Shown: positions 60,701 to 64,000 of the stretch, in pieces
How the letters are laid out: every line of letters starts with the position of its first letter
Position numbering within the stretch: the first letter of the stretch is position 1
NCBI RefSeq assembly: GCF_033153115.1
Contig: NW_026889758.1
Coordinates: forward strand, 24,304,001 to 24,368,000
Direction: 5' to 3'
Length of the DNA: 64,000 nucleotides
DNA from: Saccostrea echinata
Taxonomy: Eukaryota
Made by a program: the position numbers and the translations under genes
Notes under the pieces: generated by a model
Database searches by the model: none
Told to the model about the DNA's origin: nothing
The model's input: the letters and a program-made list of their open reading frames with translations, nothing else

Positions 60701-61342
60701 TCTGTGTCCGCGAGACTGCATGGGAATCATTTGACGAAGGAGCGTTCTACAGTATCTGCTATCTTTGTACACATGAGCACTGCAATAGTCCTGTTGTTTA
60801 GCATTGAAGTATCTTATACTATAGATGTATAACTTATAAATGCTATATTCTACATTATTTTCTGATATCAGAAATAAATTCTGGAAAGCTTCATCTGAAC
60901 TGGATAGAAATATAAAGGCAAATACATATTTTCAATAGAAAGTGATGTCCAGTATGGTAATTGTCAAACCCTTTTCGTAGCGAGCATGTGAGGCTATTAA
61001 AGATCTTATTCTAATTAAATTAAAATTGAATTATCAGAGAAGAGTACTTTGTGATTGCGAAGGACTCCAAATCATATGTGCGTTTTTACAATAAAATGAA
61101 TTAAAACAATTGAATGTCTCGCCGATTTTCTTTTAGTTTTCAACATAAACTGAAAAAGGGTTTTTGTAACTGATACATTAATTTTATTTAAAATACATGA
61201 ACCGAACAAAAACTTTCTATCTCTAAATATGAGTTTTCTAGAGTTATATTATATTATAATCTGCTAGATATTATAATATCGATATTTTTTTTATGTTATT
61301 CAAAGTATGTGACGAGATCAAAAGTTTAATTTCTAATCACAA

Positions 61343-61533
61343 GCACTTGTTTCGGTAATAATTTTTTGACCTATAGTATAATAATAACACACGCATGTTT
61401 CGGTAATAAATTTTTGACTCATAGTATAATAACAACTCAGGCATGCTTCGGTAATAATTTTTTGACCCATAGTATAATAACAACTCAGGCATGCTTCGGT
61501 AATAATTTTTTGACCCATAGTATAATAATAACG
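61343..61533. repeat. 48-bp minisatellite, 4 copies
   Basis: Unit gcatgcttcggtaataattttttgacccatagtataataacaactcag. Confidence 0.9.
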
Positions 61534-61986
61534 CAAGGTATCCAACTCCGAATTACATGGAGTACCCCCCTCCCCCAGAATCGCACTCATTTACACTTTC
61601 AGAGGAAACGCACTGGCAAACTGGTTATACCGCTGTCTTCTACGAAAATTTATCTACACAACCATATATAACATGCTTGTCTTTATTTTCTTTTATCTCT
61701 GTAAACAGCGTCAAATCTCTGCTCGCCGAGTGGAAAAGTCGATTTAACCCATGAAATGGTATGTGCTAGTCCGGACAGAGAACAAAAATTAAAAAATGAG
61801 TGGGTTTAATAATTCATTTCCAGTGTTTAAATATTGCAGTGAATAAAAAAAAATTGTTTAAGTCTGATTTTCCCTGAAAACACTACGATGTTTATCCGAT
61901 GTAATTTTAGAAGCAGATTTTTAGCCAATCAAAATCTCTGCCCGGGATTAGCACAAACCAAAACAAGTTATTATTACCGAAACAAT

Positions 61987-62236
61987 ACTGTTTATTCTGT
62001 GCCCCCCCCCCCTTGAAAAAAGTTCTTCTGTCTGTAATAGCTGAGGAAAAAATGTTACATTCCACTGTTTATTCTGTGCCCCCCCCCTTTTGAAAAAAAG
62101 TTCTTCTGCTTGTAATCGCTGAGGAAAAAAATGTTACATTTCACTGTTTATTCTGTGCCCCCCCCCCCCTTTTGAAAAAAGTTCTTCTGTCTGTAATAGC
62201 TGAGGAAAAATTTTACATTCCACTGTTTATTCTGTG
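61987..62236. repeat. ~78-bp minisatellite, about 3 copies
   Basis: Unit actgtttattctgtg(c)nttgaaaaaagttcttctgtctgtaatagctgaggaaaaaatgttacattcc. Confidence 0.9.
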
Positions 62237-63180
62237 ACATTTCAGGCTTTATGGAAAGCCAAACTTGTTATGTACTATCGCTTCCATTTGTGTTTTTTTT
62301 TTTTTTGGTCGGGGGGGGGGGGGGGGGGGGCTATCGTAGCGGAACACATGCATTCTAATTTCGAAACGCATACATGAGAATGTACTGCATAAGAAACAGT
62401 GCGTATGTTTATTCTTTGTTATATTGTTGAACAGTTCAAGTATTTACATCAGTAAATGATTGTTTCTTGTCTCCAATATGTGTTTCATGTGTTTATAAAA
62501 ATATCATCATTTAAAATCGCACAAAGAAAAGATGCACATTCAGAAGAGTAGTACCCGGGAAAGGGGCAGGGTCAAATTTTGTTTTGAGACCTTCTTCTAC
62601 TTTTTTATTAGATTAAATAAACTTTTTCATCGCTGCTCTTCTCCTCCTACTCCTCGATTCCGTCAAAATTACCACGCCACATTTTATTTTAATAATTGAA
62701 GCTAAACCAGCTAAACTACCAGTCTTTAGTGAAGGGCCTTTTCTAACAAAATAATTGTCCCAATTTCACGTTTATTGTAGTATTAAAATAGGTAGTATAT
62801 AATATAGATTGACAAATAAAGTATGTCCTGGACTATTCATATTTCAAAAGCTTTATTCTTTCTGTTTAATTGTCACCCCCTAAAGTAACATTTTTACATC
62901 ACTTCCGCAGGAATTCCCTTCTAAACTAATAATACTTTGAATCTAATTTTTTACCCTAATGATCTAATTTGTTAAAGCTGTCCGATCCATGCTATGTCTG
63001 ATCACCCTAGATGTGATTTAGAAAGCCGGTACATGTAGGCAAACCATCTAATAGTAAATGAGGGTGCCAAAATATGTATTGGAAAGGCATTACTATCTTA
63101 TATATCCTATGTGTGCAAATCGTAAGTCGGACACCTTTTTTCAGTTTATTTGGATCACCTCGGTATTGTACCTCAAATAT

Positions 63181-63328
63181 AAAATACATGGTTACTGTCT
63201 TGAAATATAAGCGATATTTGGGCGAGGGTAAGAAAACGTGATAGAGGGCGAGGCTTGCCGAGCCCTCTATCACTTTTTCGCCCGAGCCCAAATATCGCTT
63301 ATATTTCAGGATAGTATCGACGTATTTT
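63181..63328. repeat. Long imperfect palindrome with cgaggcttgccgag centre
   Basis: tgaaatataagcgatatttgggc...gtgatagagggc pairs with gccctctatcac...gcccaaatatcgcttatatttca. Confidence 0.85.
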
Positions 63329-64000
63329 GTTTATCCTGCAACATATTTTTACATGACCTTCAAAACGAGCTATTTTCAATCGATTTAGGTACATCTCTGC
63401 AGTTGAATCTAAAACGCCATGGCGTAAACTTTGCAATATTCATGACGTCACAAAGCTTTTAGAACGTCGGAATACATGCACGAGGCCTTATTAGGGCATT
63501 GACCGAATAAAGCTTTGGTTTATTAGGTTACCTTTATTAGGTCAATGCAAGGGGTAGTTGCAGGATAAAATGCATTCAGATGTAATAGAATTTCGGACAC
63601 ATTTGACATTGGGTCGGTCACTTTTCTTTAGATATAAAATGATGCAAATACGCGGATCTATAGGGGAGAGGAGGGGGGTGTTCCGGAGTTATTCAATTTC
63701 AGAGTTATTAGATCTATATAATAAAATGACCGATAGATGTCCTTGAAAACACTCCTCCACACGTGCACACAAGAAACACGGACCCCTGTAAATTGGCAAG
63801 AAGAGTCTACTTAGCGGCTTGTTCAAGAGAAGTGTCTTACACCCGCACCCCCTTTCAGGGTACACCCGCACCCCCTTTCAGGGAATTTTTTTTATTGTCA
63901 AAACACACACACACCCCTTTCCGCGCATTTGAATTTTTTTCTCTTTTTTTTTTCCCCTTTTTGTGTTCGTCAAAAAATTCTAATTCGTTTTATTTTTTTA

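Noticed and set aside
61333-61671. ORFs with 16-aa repeats on both strands
   Set aside because: Explained by a 48-bp minisatellite, with no splice or domain support.

Overview
AT-rich, repeat-dense eukaryotic DNA. The SINE, Helentron-type (HINE) and Penelope-like repeats suggest a bivalve, probably an oyster (inference). One host gene spans most of the window on the minus strand: a divergent calmodulin-like gene with calmodulin-type exon sizes and phases (exons 39894-39924, 8351-8494, 6726-6971, 66-106; first exon uncertain). Its 31-kb intron holds a nest of mobile DNA. A decayed PAT-like tyrosine-recombinase retrotransposon with split direct repeats (9349-27522; spliced gag, RT/RNase H/MT, YR) carries three insertions: a 461-bp TTAA MITE, an intact Spy/ISL2EU-like DDE transposon (15922-20132, AAA|TTT, no TSD) and a 6.8-kb foldback element with ~1.3-kb TIRs. 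Further along, an intact spliced hAT transposon with a 5-bp TSD sits inside a TTAA Kolobok-like element. The most unusual signal is a ~420-nt GC-rich, densely base-paired, multi-junction RNA-like structure directly upstream of the Spy-like transposase AUG; its G-U pairs work only on the transposase sense strand. All structure and family calls were made by eye, with no folding or database searches.
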